Source of the DNA: a virus
DNA length: 64,000 bases
Reading direction: 5' to 3' (one strand)
Virus record (IMG/VR): IMGVR_UViG_3300047322_000556
Coordinates: 25,362-89,361 of that record
The notes under the pieces are model-generated. The model did not search any database, was not told where the DNA came from, and saw only the letters and a list, made by a program, of their open reading frames with translations. The position numbers were made by a program, and so were the translations under genes. Below, piece by piece: positions 35,998-45,257 of the stretch (its first letter is position 1; the number at the start of each line of letters is the position of its first letter).

Positions 35998-36367
35998 CGG
36001 GAACCTTCGGGCCGTATTTGTGGGAAACAATCATGCGCATGGCGGCTTCGAGATGCGTCTTGCCGCTTTGCATATCGGTGCGGTCCCACACGAACGCCCT
36101 GTAGAAGCGTCCGACGTAGGGCTGGCCGGGCGTGCCTCTCGGCGAGTCGCAAAGCACGAAGCCGATTTCATGCTTCTCGATCAGCGGGCCGCCGTCATGC
36201 CAGCGCGCCGAAGGAATATAGCTCTCGTGATACAGGCGCGGGATAGGGCCGCCGTGCGATCGCGTGATGATCGCGTGCGTCTTATCTTCGCTCAGCCGCA
36301 CGGTCAAGCCTTCGGCCTTCGCGACCCAATAGTCGAGCATTGCGCCCGAAATTTCATCGACTCTCAC
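35984..36367 (-). CDS. DUF2591/NinX-like protein (tandem paralog)
   Basis: VDEISGAMLDYWVAKAEG, PSARWHDGGPLIE, GKTHLEAAMRMIVSHKYG. Confidence 0.78.
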   Translation of the reverse strand: MRVDEISGAMLDYWVAKAEGLTVRLSEDKTHAIITRSHGGPIPRLYHESYIPSARWHDGGPLIEKHEIGFVLCDSPRGTPGQPYVGRFYRAFVWDRTDMQSGKTHLEAAMRMIVSHKYGPKVPDESL

Positions 36368-36582
36368 CACTGTCCTCCCAATCCGTTGAGTTTGTGAAGC
36401 ACGCCGCGCGCGTTGAAGTTGCACGCGTAGGCGCCGTGTTCGTTGCCTTGCGCGCGGTATCGATGCACGTCGCGCGCGAGATTCGTGAGATAGGCGCGCT
36501 GCGTGACGCGCGTCCATGCGTCGAGCTCGGGCTGCGTGGCCGGAATCTCGACTTCCTCGATCGCGAAGAGGTCGCCTGTCAT
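36364..36582 (-). CDS. hypothetical protein
   Basis: 72 aa, coupled to both neighbours. Confidence 0.6.
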   Translation of the reverse strand: MTGDLFAIEEVEIPATQPELDAWTRVTQRAYLTNLARDVHRYRAQGNEHGAYACNFNARGVLHKLNGLGGQW

Positions 36583-36989
36583 GCCTTCTTCGCCTCGCGC
36601 CGACGCAGTGCGATCGCCTTGTTGACGAGCCCGCGCCCGAATCCGTCAGTCGGGAAAATCGCCTCGCTGCAATGCGGGCAGTAGGGAACCATCGTGCGGC
36701 TTCGCCACGCCTTTTCGACGTCCTGCGCGGCCTTCGTATGGATCGACTTTTCGGCGGCTTCCTTGAGCGCTTCCTCGCGGCGTATGAGGGTGTCGCGCTC
36801 GCGGCGGAATGCGTCGAGATAGTGATTCAGCGTCCACCATGCGCTGAGCTGCTTCTTGCAGTCGTCGCAATGGATCGTCTCGCCGTTGCTGTCGAGCGTG
36901 ATGCGCATATGTCTGCACTCGGGCGACGGCCGATAGGCGCGCGTGTCGCGCGTTATGCGCATCTCTTCGATGTTGATGACGTTGTTCAA
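36579..36989 (-). CDS. Zn-binding hypothetical protein
   Basis: CRH, CDDC, CPHC motifs; TTG start overlapping the upstream stop. Confidence 0.7.
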   Translation of the reverse strand: MNNVINIEEMRITRDTRAYRPSPECRHMRITLDSNGETIHCDDCKKQLSAWWTLNHYLDAFRRERDTLIRREEALKEAAEKSIHTKAAQDVEKAWRSRTMVPYCPHCSEAIFPTDGFGRGLVNKAIALRRREAKKA

Positions 36990-37195
36990 TCCTTCTCCCA
37001 CTTGCGCGAGTGCGTGACGAACTTCACTTCTTTGACGTTCAACAGGCTTACGGGCACGCCCTTCGTGCGCATGTTGCCGAGAATCTGCTTTCCCTCGCGC
37101 ACGGCTTGCGCTGCAAGCGCGTCGAACGTCGATCCCGAATCCCACGTATCGACGGTGACTTCGACTTCGCATATGAGTCGGACGGTCGTGCTCAT
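36986..37195 (-). CDS. hypothetical protein
   Basis: MSTTVRLICEV..., ATGA coupling. Confidence 0.6.
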   Translation of the reverse strand: MSTTVRLICEVEVTVDTWDSGSTFDALAAQAVREGKQILGNMRTKGVPVSLLNVKEVKFVTHSRKWEKD

Positions 37196-37641
37196 GCGTG
37201 GATCTCCGTCAGCTCGGCGATCGCCGCGCGCAGCACGAGCGAGCCGCTCGGAATGTTCTCGCACAGATAGTCGGCGGGGTCGCGCGTTTTGCCTTCCCTC
37301 ACGTAGCATCGTTCAATGTCGGCGGCCGTCGCCTCGCGCAGCTTGAGCGTCACGCCGGGGCAGACGTCATGCCACCATCCCAAGCTCTCGCGCGGAATGT
37401 CGAACTCCATCTGCTCGCGCGTTTTGAGCGTCGCGCGGTAGAGCTTCGGCTTCGGCGCCTCGAAGCGCTGCCAGTGCGTGATCGACACGTTTTGAAGGCC
37501 CGTATGCGCCTCAATGAATTGCTCCATCTCCTTGACGTGCTCGACGTGAGTGAGAGGGCCGTCACGGCTGATCTGAGCGTTTCCGTGCGTCAGTATTGCG
37601 TCGTCGGCGGCGACGTAGGATACGAAATAGTCGATGCTCAT
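37192..37641 (-). CDS. hypothetical protein
   Basis: 149 aa, coupled. Confidence 0.65.
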   Translation of the reverse strand: MSIDYFVSYVAADDAILTHGNAQISRDGPLTHVEHVKEMEQFIEAHTGLQNVSITHWQRFEAPKPKLYRATLKTREQMEFDIPRESLGWWHDVCPGVTLKLREATAADIERCYVREGKTRDPADYLCENIPSGSLVLRAAIAELTEIHA

Positions 37642-38288
37642 AGTGCGCGAGTCTCCAGTGCTTTAAGCGCGCGGGCGCGCATGGTTTCGACTTCTCCGAC
37701 CGTGGGGCGTCGCGAGTCGGCGAAGTGCAGATTGCCGTTCTCGCGCGCCGGGATATAGACGTCTGATTGCGTGCGCGTGTCGGCGAATTGAACGAGCCCA
37801 AGCATGACCGGCTCGCGCGGGATGATGAGCGTATGCACTTCGTCGGGCTCAACCCAATACGATTCGCGGATATAGTTGCCCGCCTCATGCAAGCGGCTGC
37901 TGCGCACGGCGATTTCGCAGTCGTCCTCGTTGTGCATCGCGCGCGTCTCTGCCTTGTAGCTCCAGCGCTCCCATGCGCCGAACGCGTTGCGCTCGACGTG
38001 GAATCGCGCATGCCGTAGTTCGCCCGCGAGCACGATCGTATTGAACGCATAGCGGTGCGAATGCGGCGCGACGAGAAACTCGCCGGGCTGCTTGCCGGTG
38101 CGCGCCGGGTCGATGAAATAGAGCTTGGCGGTGAGCGCGTCCGTGCGGTGCAGGCACAGATAATCGAGCCCTTCGACGTGGTGATTGATGGTCGAGTGCG
38201 GCACGGCGGCGGCCGCGTCGAGCTCGGTCAAGAGCTGCTTGAAGAAGCGTTCGTTCATGGGCGGGTTTATTGTTGTGAACCCGTCCAT
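37638..38288 (-). CDS. cupin-like metal-binding protein
   Basis: PHSHRYAFNTIVLAGEL and a later EVHTL His motif. Confidence 0.65.
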   Translation of the reverse strand: MDGFTTINPPMNERFFKQLLTELDAAAAVPHSTINHHVEGLDYLCLHRTDALTAKLYFIDPARTGKQPGEFLVAPHSHRYAFNTIVLAGELRHARFHVERNAFGAWERWSYKAETRAMHNEDDCEIAVRSSRLHEAGNYIRESYWVEPDEVHTLIIPREPVMLGLVQFADTRTQSDVYIPARENGNLHFADSRRPTVGEVETMRARALKALETRAL

Positions 38289-38305
38289 TTTACCTAAGAG
38301 GTAAA
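38289..38305. promoter_or_regulatory. 17-bp palindromic operator
   Basis: TTTACC-TAAGA-GGTAAA fills the entire intergenic gap. Confidence 0.7.
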
Positions 38306-38542
38306 TTATTTACCAGTGGAGCCGCGTTGCTTTTCCATCGCATCGGCGAGCGCGATCACGTCCTTCATCTGCTTCGCGTCGATGCGCATGCGCAGCTCCA
38401 CGTCCACGCCGAGCATGTCGCTGAAAACCTGCGCGAGCGCGTTCGATGCCTCGTGAATGTCGTCCAGACCGGCGTTCGTGCGGTGGATCAGGCGCGCGAC
38501 TGCGACCGAAAGCCGCCGCTTGTTGGCGATTGCGTTGCTCAT
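38306..38542 (-). CDS. hypothetical protein
   Basis: 78 aa, GGAGG RBS. Confidence 0.65.
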   Translation of the reverse strand: MSNAIANKRRLSVAVARLIHRTNAGLDDIHEASNALAQVFSDMLGVDVELRMRIDAKQMKDVIALADAMEKQRGSTGK

Positions 38543-38862
38543 GCTGTCCCTCCGGTGGCCTTGGCGATTGCGGCGCGGGCTTTCTCTTTGAATTCGTATC
38601 CGTACACGTCGGATACGAGACGATCGCCAATCATGAAAACTTCCTGCAGCGCTTCAAGCAGTTCGGGCGCGGCGGCGATTAGCGCGGCATTGGCTCGCGT
38701 TTCTTCGACTTCGCGCTCATGCTGGTCGTCATAGCCCGCATTCATCACATTTGCGATCTTGAAACGCCTGCCGAGCCGGGTGCCGCGAATTCGCACATAA
38801 GGGTTATCGCATTCCTCGGGAAGTGCAGTCCACGGTCCCGGTGTGTGTTTGTGCTTACTCAT
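38539..38862 (-). CDS. phage early protein (HTPGPW...ANAxLIAAAPELLEAL family)
   Basis: Recognisable recurring phage module. Confidence 0.7.
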   Translation of the reverse strand: MSKHKHTPGPWTALPEECDNPYVRIRGTRLGRRFKIANVMNAGYDDQHEREVEETRANAALIAAAPELLEALQEVFMIGDRLVSDVYGYEFKEKARAAIAKATGGTA

Positions 38863-39224
38863 GCCGTCCTCGGAAACACGTTGTGAAAGTTCATCGCGTT
38901 CTGGCTGTTGAGGTATTCGCCGCCGGGCTGGAACGCCGTCGCCGGGAGATTCGCCTTCAACCACGCTTCGATCATCTGGTGATCCACGACTTGACTCGTC
39001 GGATCGATGAAAAGCAGCTTGTGCCCGTCGATCTTGTGGACGAAGAGACTGAGCACGACCGGGCGGCCGTCGAGCTTTCCGATCGTCGGCAGATAGCCGC
39101 CAAGCCCTTGCTCCCACGTCTTGCCGCGCTTCTCGTGCCACTCTTTCCAGAGGCACATCGATTCATACGAGTTCGCCTCGACCACGCCGACGACGCCTTC
39201 GAAAAAGTCCGCGAATCGGCTCAT
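38859..39224 (-). CDS. hypothetical protein
   Basis: 121 aa, coupled. Confidence 0.65.
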   Translation of the reverse strand: MSRFADFFEGVVGVVEANSYESMCLWKEWHEKRGKTWEQGLGGYLPTIGKLDGRPVVLSLFVHKIDGHKLLFIDPTSQVVDHQMIEAWLKANLPATAFQPGGEYLNSQNAMNFHNVFPRTA

Positions 39225-39472
39225 TCGTCCCTCGCTTTCAGCATGGCATCGGCCAACTCATAGGCGGTAATCGCGAGCCCTTCGTTCAATGCTTCGTACC
39301 GCCCTTGCATATCGATATGCGAACCGACGCGAGCGATTAGCGCGGGGAGCGCCTTCGCCGCGAAGTAGTCACGCAGGGTTGCGCCGTTTGCGTGCGCCCA
39401 ATTCGTGTGTTCAAGATCGACGTGTGAGTGCGCCAGTGGAAATGCCGGGCCGCCGTTGTTCTTTTCGCTCAT
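39221..39472 (-). CDS. phage early protein (GGPAFP...TLRDYFAAKAL...AYELADAML family)
   Basis: Recognisable recurring phage module. Confidence 0.75.
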   Translation of the reverse strand: MSEKNNGGPAFPLAHSHVDLEHTNWAHANGATLRDYFAAKALPALIARVGSHIDMQGRYEALNEGLAITAYELADAMLKARDE

Positions 39473-39771
39473 GCCTTCTTTTCCTTCTTTTGTCGGATAT
39501 TCTTCGCGATGCACTGCGCGGTGGTCGTCGCGTAGACGAAGCTGTTCTCGGCGATGCTGGCCGCCTCTTCAAGCGCCGCGTCGCGCGCAAGATGCGCGAA
39601 GGCGCGCGCGTCCTTCAGTTGCGTCTCCAGCGTGCGAATCTGCGCCTGCAGGACGGCTTCGCGGTCGATCGCGTCGTCGGCATAGACGTATGCACCATCG
39701 GCCGCCGGAATGCGCTCGTGCGCATCGTTTGGGTCGATATCGAAGCGCTCGAATTGGAATGTCTTGCTCAT
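39469..39771 (-). CDS. hypothetical protein
   Basis: MSKTFQFERFD..., RDAALEEAA module, GAGGA RBS. Confidence 0.6.
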   Translation of the reverse strand: MSKTFQFERFDIDPNDAHERIPAADGAYVYADDAIDREAVLQAQIRTLETQLKDARAFAHLARDAALEEAASIAENSFVYATTTAQCIAKNIRQKKEKKA

Positions 39772-39901
39772 TGCTTCCTCGATTTGACGAGCGTTCGCCG
39801 CCCGTCGTAGTGGAATCGCTGCTTGCCGAACGTCATCACTTCGCAGTGGCGCTCGACAAGCCAGAGATAGATGAACGCGGGAAGAAGCCGCGTCCACGCT
39901 C

Positions 39902-40327
39902 TCATTCAGGCTCAACCTTCGTGAACGTGCGGTGGATGATCGTGCGCGGCTCTTCGGTCACGGTCACGTCGTAGGCTTCTTCGATCCAGTCGATCGCCTC
40001 GGGCTCGGCGTGCTTTCCGCCGCCATACCAATATGTCCAACCGATCCATGAGCCGTCGAGATACTGCATCGCGACCGATTGCGACTCGTAGTAGCTCAGG
40101 CCGCGCCCTTGCCACTCGACCGGCACGTCCGTCTCATGCTGGCCGCCGCGCAGCTCGTTCTTCGCGTCTTGAAGCTCCCAATCCTGATTATTCGCCTCGA
40201 AGAGCTCGTCCACGTTCTCGGCGGTCACTTCTTCGGTGAGCGGCTCGATGTACTTCATCTCGACGGCTTTCAGCAGGATCAGGTGCTTGAGCTTGTGCTC
40301 GGCGTTCATCTTCGTTGCTACGGTCAT
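39902..40327 (-). CDS. hypothetical protein
   Basis: YYESQSVA...DGSWIGWTYWYGGGKHAEPE motif. Confidence 0.7.
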   Translation of the reverse strand: MTVATKMNAEHKLKHLILLKAVEMKYIEPLTEEVTAENVDELFEANNQDWELQDAKNELRGGQHETDVPVEWQGRGLSYYESQSVAMQYLDGSWIGWTYWYGGGKHAEPEAIDWIEEAYDVTVTEEPRTIIHRTFTKVEPE

Positions 40328-40336
40328 GCGGTCCTC

Positions 40337-41305
40337 TCAATAGGCTGAGCCGGGCTGTCCGGGCTCGTTGGAATCGGTACAGGTGTTGCGGTGGTCGTTC
40401 GCGTGCGGGCAGCGCTTATTACTGCACTTCGCGCAGACGATCATTCGCGTCATTTCGACGGGCATTGCGCCGAATCCGGTATCGACCGTCTTGCCCTTCA
40501 GGCACGCGCGGCACTCGCACGGCGTCGTCGGCGCGAAAACTTTCGTGAGCGCGGCGCGCAGCTTCTCTTGCTGCTCGGGCGTCATGCCGGGCTTCGGCGT
40601 GCCGTCCGCATTGAAGCAGTAGAACCCGCCTTCGCATCCGATCGACGCGCAGCCGCCGGGTTTGCAGTCCGGCACGAGGAACTCGCGCATCTGACTAATC
40701 GTGTCGCCGCTCGCATACTTCATCGAATGGCAGTTCCCGCATGTGCCGGGGTCGTGCGCCATGATGCTGTCGCCGCAATCGACGCACTCGGGCCGCGCGG
40801 CGGCCGCCTCGACGCGCGACTTGTGGAACGCATCGGCGTACTCGCGCATCTGATCCATCGTGTAGAGCGCGTCGGCTGGCGGATGCGCATAGAGCTCGTG
40901 GCGGCCCTTGCCGAGCGTCGCGCGGCCGTGCTCGTTGAGCGACATAAACGAGATGCCGGTCAGACTGTCGCCGGGCTTCGTGATGGTCACGCCTGCGACC
41001 GGCTGCGAGCGCTCATGCGCCGCTGTTGCGATCGCCGCATCCTTGCGGATCGACTCGGCAAGCGAAAGCTCGCCGGTCAGAACGCTTCGCGCACCGTTCG
41101 GCTCCCATACGCCGCCGACTGCGACGACGAACGCGGCGAGCTGCTTGTTCTCTTCGCGCAGTCGCTCCAGCTCAGCGCGCGCCGCGTCGCGGTCATCGAG
41201 CGCATGGCTCCATGATCCAGCGGACCATTTCGGGTGTTGGCCGATCTCGCGCGCCTCGTCGGTCGTCACGTTGCGAAAAACGGCGGTGAATACCTTGTCG
41301 GTCAT
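40337..41305 (-). CDS. mosaic Cys-rich hypothetical protein
   Basis: MTDKVF...; several Cys modules ending MIVCAKCSNKRCPHANDHRNTC. Confidence 0.7.
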   Translation of the reverse strand: MTDKVFTAVFRNVTTDEAREIGQHPKWSAGSWSHALDDRDAARAELERLREENKQLAAFVVAVGGVWEPNGARSVLTGELSLAESIRKDAAIATAAHERSQPVAGVTITKPGDSLTGISFMSLNEHGRATLGKGRHELYAHPPADALYTMDQMREYADAFHKSRVEAAAARPECVDCGDSIMAHDPGTCGNCHSMKYASGDTISQMREFLVPDCKPGGCASIGCEGGFYCFNADGTPKPGMTPEQQEKLRAALTKVFAPTTPCECRACLKGKTVDTGFGAMPVEMTRMIVCAKCSNKRCPHANDHRNTCTDSNEPGQPGSAY

Positions 41306-41640
41306 GCTGTTTTCAATCCTCCGATTGCCTTGATTACCCATGAGATAGCGGTGTGTGCGCGCTCGTTCGACTCGCTCGTCCAATGTGCGGATTCATTCAT
41401 GGCCGCGCCGATCGCCTCGTCAAGCGCCGCGTTGCGTGCGCCTGCGGTGTCGGGCGTCGGGCGCTTGTTCCACGCGACGATCGCCGCGCCTTCGTCCTTC
41501 ATCAGCGGGCCGCGCGCGAAGCACGTACCGCAAAGCCCTTGAAAGTAGCTGCCGACGCGCGAATAGCCGCCGCGCCGCTTCTCGGTGATTCGTGCCTTCC
41601 CTTGGCAGTGCGGGCAGGGCAGAAGTGTGATCGTCGTCAT
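41302..41640 (-). CDS. Lar-family restriction alleviation-like protein
   Basis: LLPCPHCQG...CGTC.ARGP...AIVAWNKR. Confidence 0.7.
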   Translation of the reverse strand: MTTITLLPCPHCQGKARITEKRRGGYSRVGSYFQGLCGTCFARGPLMKDEGAAIVAWNKRPTPDTAGARNAALDEAIGAAMNESAHWTSESNERAHTAISWVIKAIGGLKTA

Positions 41641-42056
41641 GCTTTTTCCTTCGCCGCGTTGTGCTCGGCGATGATCTGATTGCACTGGTCGATGCACTCA
41701 TTGCAGATAGCGGTGTCGCGCTCGCCCGCGATGATCTTCTCGACTTGCTCCTGCGTCTTGTTGCAGAAGTCGCACATGAAAAACTTGCCCCACTTCTCGG
41801 GCGGAATCGGCGGAACGGGCTTCACGTCTCTCAGCAGGCGGCAATTCGGCGCGTCGGTGCCCTTGTAGACAACGTCCACGAATACGCGGTGATAGACCGG
41901 ATTGCCTTCGAGACTTCCCTCGACGTGATAGCCGGTCACGGTGCACATGACGAGCCCCGACGAGTTGGTATCGATAAGCACGTCGGTGCCGACCGGCGGC
42001 AGCCCCTTGCCGTCCCATGACGGCGTCGGTTCGATTGCGCGTGCGCTCATGGTCAT
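41637..42056 (-). CDS. protein with C-terminal ClpX-type C4 zinc finger
   Basis: [11 protein letters not shown]-terminal module; [32 protein letters not shown]. Confidence 0.8.
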   Translation of the reverse strand: MTMSARAIEPTPSWDGKGLPPVGTDVLIDTNSSGLVMCTVTGYHVEGSLEGNPVYHRVFVDVVYKGTDAPNCRLLRDVKPVPPIPPEKWGKFFMCDFCNKTQEQVEKIIAGERDTAICNECIDQCNQIIAEHNAAKEKA

Positions 42057-42367
42057 TCGCTTTGCGTAGTGATGGATTCGACTTTGTGCCGCGTGCAGTT
42101 CTTGCCGCAGTTCTCGGTGTATGAGCGATCGGTCTGCACGGTGCTGTTCGGGCAGCGCGTGAAGTAGTGCCATTCGCCCGTCTTGAACGCGTACACCTTG
42201 CATCCGTCAGCTTCGCGAATGACGTGCGGCGTGCGGTCGGCGCGATCCTGCGCTTCGTGCCTTTCTTGAATCTCCTTGGCGGATTCGGAGAAAAACATAA
42301 AGTAGATGAAGCCAGCGGCAGCGGCGAGTCCAATGAGCCATTGAATAAGCGTGATGACGCGGATCAT
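42053..42367 (-). CDS. membrane-anchored protein (DUF4884-like)
   Basis: N-terminal transmembrane segment; [10 protein letters not shown]...HYFTRC. Confidence 0.6.
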   Translation of the reverse strand: MIRVITLIQWLIGLAAAAGFIYFMFFSESAKEIQERHEAQDRADRTPHVIREADGCKVYAFKTGEWHYFTRCPNSTVQTDRSYTENCGKNCTRHKVESITTQSE

Positions 42368-42963
42368 TCCGAGCGCTCCCGCTTGCGCCACGTCTTGACG
42401 CGCGCGACGTGATTGCCCATTGCGAACGGCGGCACGCTCACGCGCTCGACCGTTGCGAAGATGCTGCGCTTCTCGAAGTCCTCGATCAGCTCTTGCAGTT
42501 GGCGGCCCGCGTCGGACGGCTTCAGCGGGCGGTCGCGCTCGGCAGCCTGTTCCATGCGCCAGAGCGCGAGAACCTTCGCGAAGCGCTGCGCGAGCGGCAG
42601 ATCCAGAATGCGCTGCTGGCACGTCTCGACTTCATACTCGCGCATATGCGAGCCGTGCAGCACTTCGAGCGGGGAAAGCTCGTTGAGCGAGTCATCGGCC
42701 GTGACGAGAAATTGATAGTCGAATCGCATGCGCAAGTCGCTCATCTGAAGCGTCTCGACGTCTTTCGGCACGCGCTTGCGCTTCTCTGCCTCGATCGCGT
42801 CGATGCTCTGCACGAGCTCGCGAAGGTGGCCTTGCCATTCCGGCGGGAAAGCGTCAGTCGGCGGCGGCGTCAGGCCGGTGAGCCTGCCGATGAAGGTTGC
42901 GATCGCGCCGACGAGCGCGGGATTCAGGTCGTCGGGGAATGCCGGTTCGTTGTTCTGGTTCAT
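42364..42963 (-). CDS. hypothetical protein
   Basis: MNQNNEP..., coupled. Confidence 0.6.
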   Translation of the reverse strand: MNQNNEPAFPDDLNPALVGAIATFIGRLTGLTPPPTDAFPPEWQGHLRELVQSIDAIEAEKRKRVPKDVETLQMSDLRMRFDYQFLVTADDSLNELSPLEVLHGSHMREYEVETCQQRILDLPLAQRFAKVLALWRMEQAAERDRPLKPSDAGRQLQELIEDFEKRSIFATVERVSVPPFAMGNHVARVKTWRKRERSE

Positions 42964-43021
42964 GTTAGCTACGTGCGAAGGCAAGTGAAGAGCGCCGCGT
43001 GATACGGCGCTCGCAGTGTGT

Positions 43022-43375
43022 TCAGTTGGAGTTATTGCCCATTTGAGAGAACAGGCGCTTTCCCGCTGCGGTGATGGTCACGCCGTCAGCGCGATAGAAG
43101 CGCATCTGGCCGTTCGCCCACGTGACTTGAAGGTTCGGCTCGACATACTTGTAGCAGCCGAGCATGACGGCGTTTCCTTGCGCGTCCGTGATGGCCGCGC
43201 TGAGTCCATCCATGCGCTTGAGCTTCGGAAAGCCGGTGATCTTCGAGCACGCCATATCCGAGAACTGGATAAGGCCGCCCGCCTCATTGTTGGCGTACAT
43301 CAGGAACTCGGCGTGTGCGGTGGCCGCGCCGATTGACAGAAGGGATGCGACGAGAACTGATAGCGTTTTTTTCAT
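43022..43375 (-). CDS. secreted/periplasmic protein
   Basis: Signal peptide MKKTLSVLVASLLSIGAATAHA; own promoter. Confidence 0.75.
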   Translation of the reverse strand: MKKTLSVLVASLLSIGAATAHAEFLMYANNEAGGLIQFSDMACSKITGFPKLKRMDGLSAAITDAQGNAVMLGCYKYVEPNLQVTWANGQMRFYRADGVTITAAGKRLFSQMGNNSN

Positions 43376-43403
43376 TTGATTTCCCCCGTGAAGTGGTGAG
43401 AGG

Positions 43404-43458
43404 ATATTAGCCGCCTAACCGTAGTGAAGGCAAGCGTTTTATTTATCTATCGGGTAAA
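43404..43458 (-). promoter_or_regulatory. early sigma70 promoter with two operator types
   Basis: TTGCCT-18 nt-TAATAT; TTAGCCGCCTAA at 43407-43418; TTTATC-N5-GGTAAA at 43442-43458. Confidence 0.75.
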
Positions 43459-43484
43459 CCTATACAGGGGAAACGTGGGGATTG

Positions 43485-43844
43485 CTACGGCTTCGGCGGT
43501 GCGCCGAGCTGGTCGATCAGACCGAAAATGATCGCATCCGCCTGCGAGCGGCTCGCCTCGGGTAGACGATGCACGCGGCCGTCCTCGTCTAGCTCGCCTT
43601 CGATGGCTTGCGCCTTCAGGAGCGCGGCGTAGAGCTCGAATTCCCATCCGCTGTTGCCGTAGGGGCGCTTCCCGCTGAATCCTTCGCCGTCATTCCAGAG
43701 CGTCCAAAGGAGCTTCACGAGATATTCGCGGATGGTCAGATCGCGATCCAAGTCCTCGGAAAAGAAAACGAAGTCCAGCAGCTCGGGCTTCTCGCAAGGT
43801 GTTGGCGCGGGCACATAGCGCACGCCGTCGATGACTACGTTCAT
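43485..43844 (-). CDS. hypothetical protein
   Basis: 119 aa; TIREYL..LW.DGEGFSGKRPYGNSGWE. Confidence 0.7.
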   Translation of the reverse strand: MNVVIDGVRYVPAPTPCEKPELLDFVFFSEDLDRDLTIREYLVKLLWTLWNDGEGFSGKRPYGNSGWEFELYAALLKAQAIEGELDEDGRVHRLPEASRSQADAIIFGLIDQLGAPPKP

Positions 43845-43853
43845 AGTGTTGCC

Positions 43854-44204
43854 TCAGGTGGTTGCGGCGCGCGCTTGACGCCGCTCGTTGAGATTGTCGG
43901 AAAGCCATTGCTCGGCGTCGTGCGGGCTGCCGAGCTGGCCGGTGACGATGCGGCGGCGGTTCATTGCGCCCGCCTGCCGCCATGTTATTTCGACGGCGCC
44001 CGCCGCGACGGCGAGCGAGCGCTTGCTCAGTGCAATGTCGTAGTGGCTGCCGCTGACGGTTTTCTTCGCCGGGTCTTGCCACCATCGACGCGCCACGCCG
44101 ATCGTGTCGGCCATTGCGTGCAGCTCGTCGTCCGAGTCGGCGAGCATGTGGCACATGACCATGCGGCCAAACTTCGCCTTCATATCATCGACATAGACCG
44201 TCAT
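43854..44204 (-). CDS. DUF4031-like protein
   Basis: MTVYVDD, CHMLADSDDELHAMA.TIG, HYDI...R..AVAAGAVEI. Confidence 0.85.
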   Translation of the reverse strand: MTVYVDDMKAKFGRMVMCHMLADSDDELHAMADTIGVARRWWQDPAKKTVSGSHYDIALSKRSLAVAAGAVEITWRQAGAMNRRRIVTGQLGSPHDAEQWLSDNLNERRQARAATT

Positions 44205-44446
44205 ACGACGAGCTTCCGCTTGGCCGCGCGCCGCGCGCGCTTCTCTTCGGCCGCCTTCATGCGCTCGCGGTCCTCGTCGGTGATAACCTGCGCGCGCTCG
44301 GCCGTCTTTCGCTGATCCAGCTCGTAGAGCGCGTCGATGCTGACGTTCACGCCTGCGACGGCGAGCGCCGACGCGAGCACGGCGAGACGCGAGCGGCCGA
44401 GCCGGGAGCGGGCCGGGCTGCCGCCTACGATGACGACGTCTTTCAT
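44201..44446 (-). CDS. hypothetical protein
   Basis: MKDVVIVGG..., coupled. Confidence 0.55.
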   Translation of the reverse strand: MKDVVIVGGSPARSRLGRSRLAVLASALAVAGVNVSIDALYELDQRKTAERAQVITDEDRERMKAAEEKRARRAAKRKLVV

Positions 44447-45063
44447 GCGCTGTCCCTCTGCATCAGGCTCATGAGGGTGTCGCGATAGTCGGCTGCCGTG
44501 ATGCAATGCACGAGTGCCGTCGCGATGCGTGCCGGGCGCGATGCCGCCTGCTCGATCCAGTAGCGGAAGAGCGCGCCGTCGAGCTCCGCGCCTCGCTCCA
44601 GTGCGGGCGTGTAGCGGGCCGCGCGCTTGCGAAACTCATGAATGTCCGAGCGCGAGCTTTTCAGCGCCTCGCTGAACGATTCGCGAGCGTCCGTCAGGCG
44701 CTCTTCCGCCTTGTCTGCTGCGTCCTTGTCATCCGCCTCTTCGACCGCCAGCGTCGCATCGATCAGCTCGCATGCGCAATCGATGAAGCGATCCGTGCCC
44801 GCCGCGAGATACTCGGCGTGCTCCAGAATGCGCGTCGTCGGATACGCGTCGGCCGCCTCGCGCACGAACGTGAAGCTGCCGCGCCAGCTCTCCAGCGTGC
44901 GCGTCCACTGGCGCCCGTCCGGGCCGCGATAGAACACGGTGCGTGGGAATTTCTCGGCCTTCTCGGCGTCGGGCTCGCTCGTCAGGCCGATGACGATGTA
45001 TTCGTCGCCGCCGCGATGCTTCCACGTCGAGCCGGGCGTCGGGAGTCGTTGTAGTTCGCTCAC
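44443..45063 (-). CDS. DUF1653-like domain protein
   Basis: GSTWKHRGGDEYIVIG..VFYR..DG..WTR; GTG start coupled to the upstream stop. Confidence 0.6.
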   Translation of the reverse strand: MSELQRLPTPGSTWKHRGGDEYIVIGLTSEPDAEKAEKFPRTVFYRGPDGRQWTRTLESWRGSFTFVREAADAYPTTRILEHAEYLAAGTDRFIDCACELIDATLAVEEADDKDAADKAEERLTDARESFSEALKSSRSDIHEFRKRAARYTPALERGAELDGALFRYWIEQAASRPARIATALVHCITAADYRDTLMSLMQRDSA

Positions 45064-45257
45064 TGCTGTGCTTCCTCTGCGATTCGCTTGATTCGCCGCA
45101 AGTCGGCGAGTTTGTTTTTCCAGCCCCGATGATCGGTATTCGTGCCGGTGATGGTGACTGTCGCGCCGTAGAACCGATAGACGTCGTGCCTGCCGTGGCG
45201 CACGAACGTGCCATGCGCCTTCAGAAGCGCCGTCACGGCCGCCTTGGGGCAACTCAT
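45060..45257 (-). CDS. HicA-like dsRBD-fold protein
   Basis: LLKAHG.FVRHGRHDVYRF..TVTI.GT.TDHR..KN..ADLRR. Confidence 0.55.
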   Translation of the reverse strand: MSCPKAAVTALLKAHGTFVRHGRHDVYRFYGATVTITGTNTDHRGWKNKLADLRRIKRIAEEAQQ

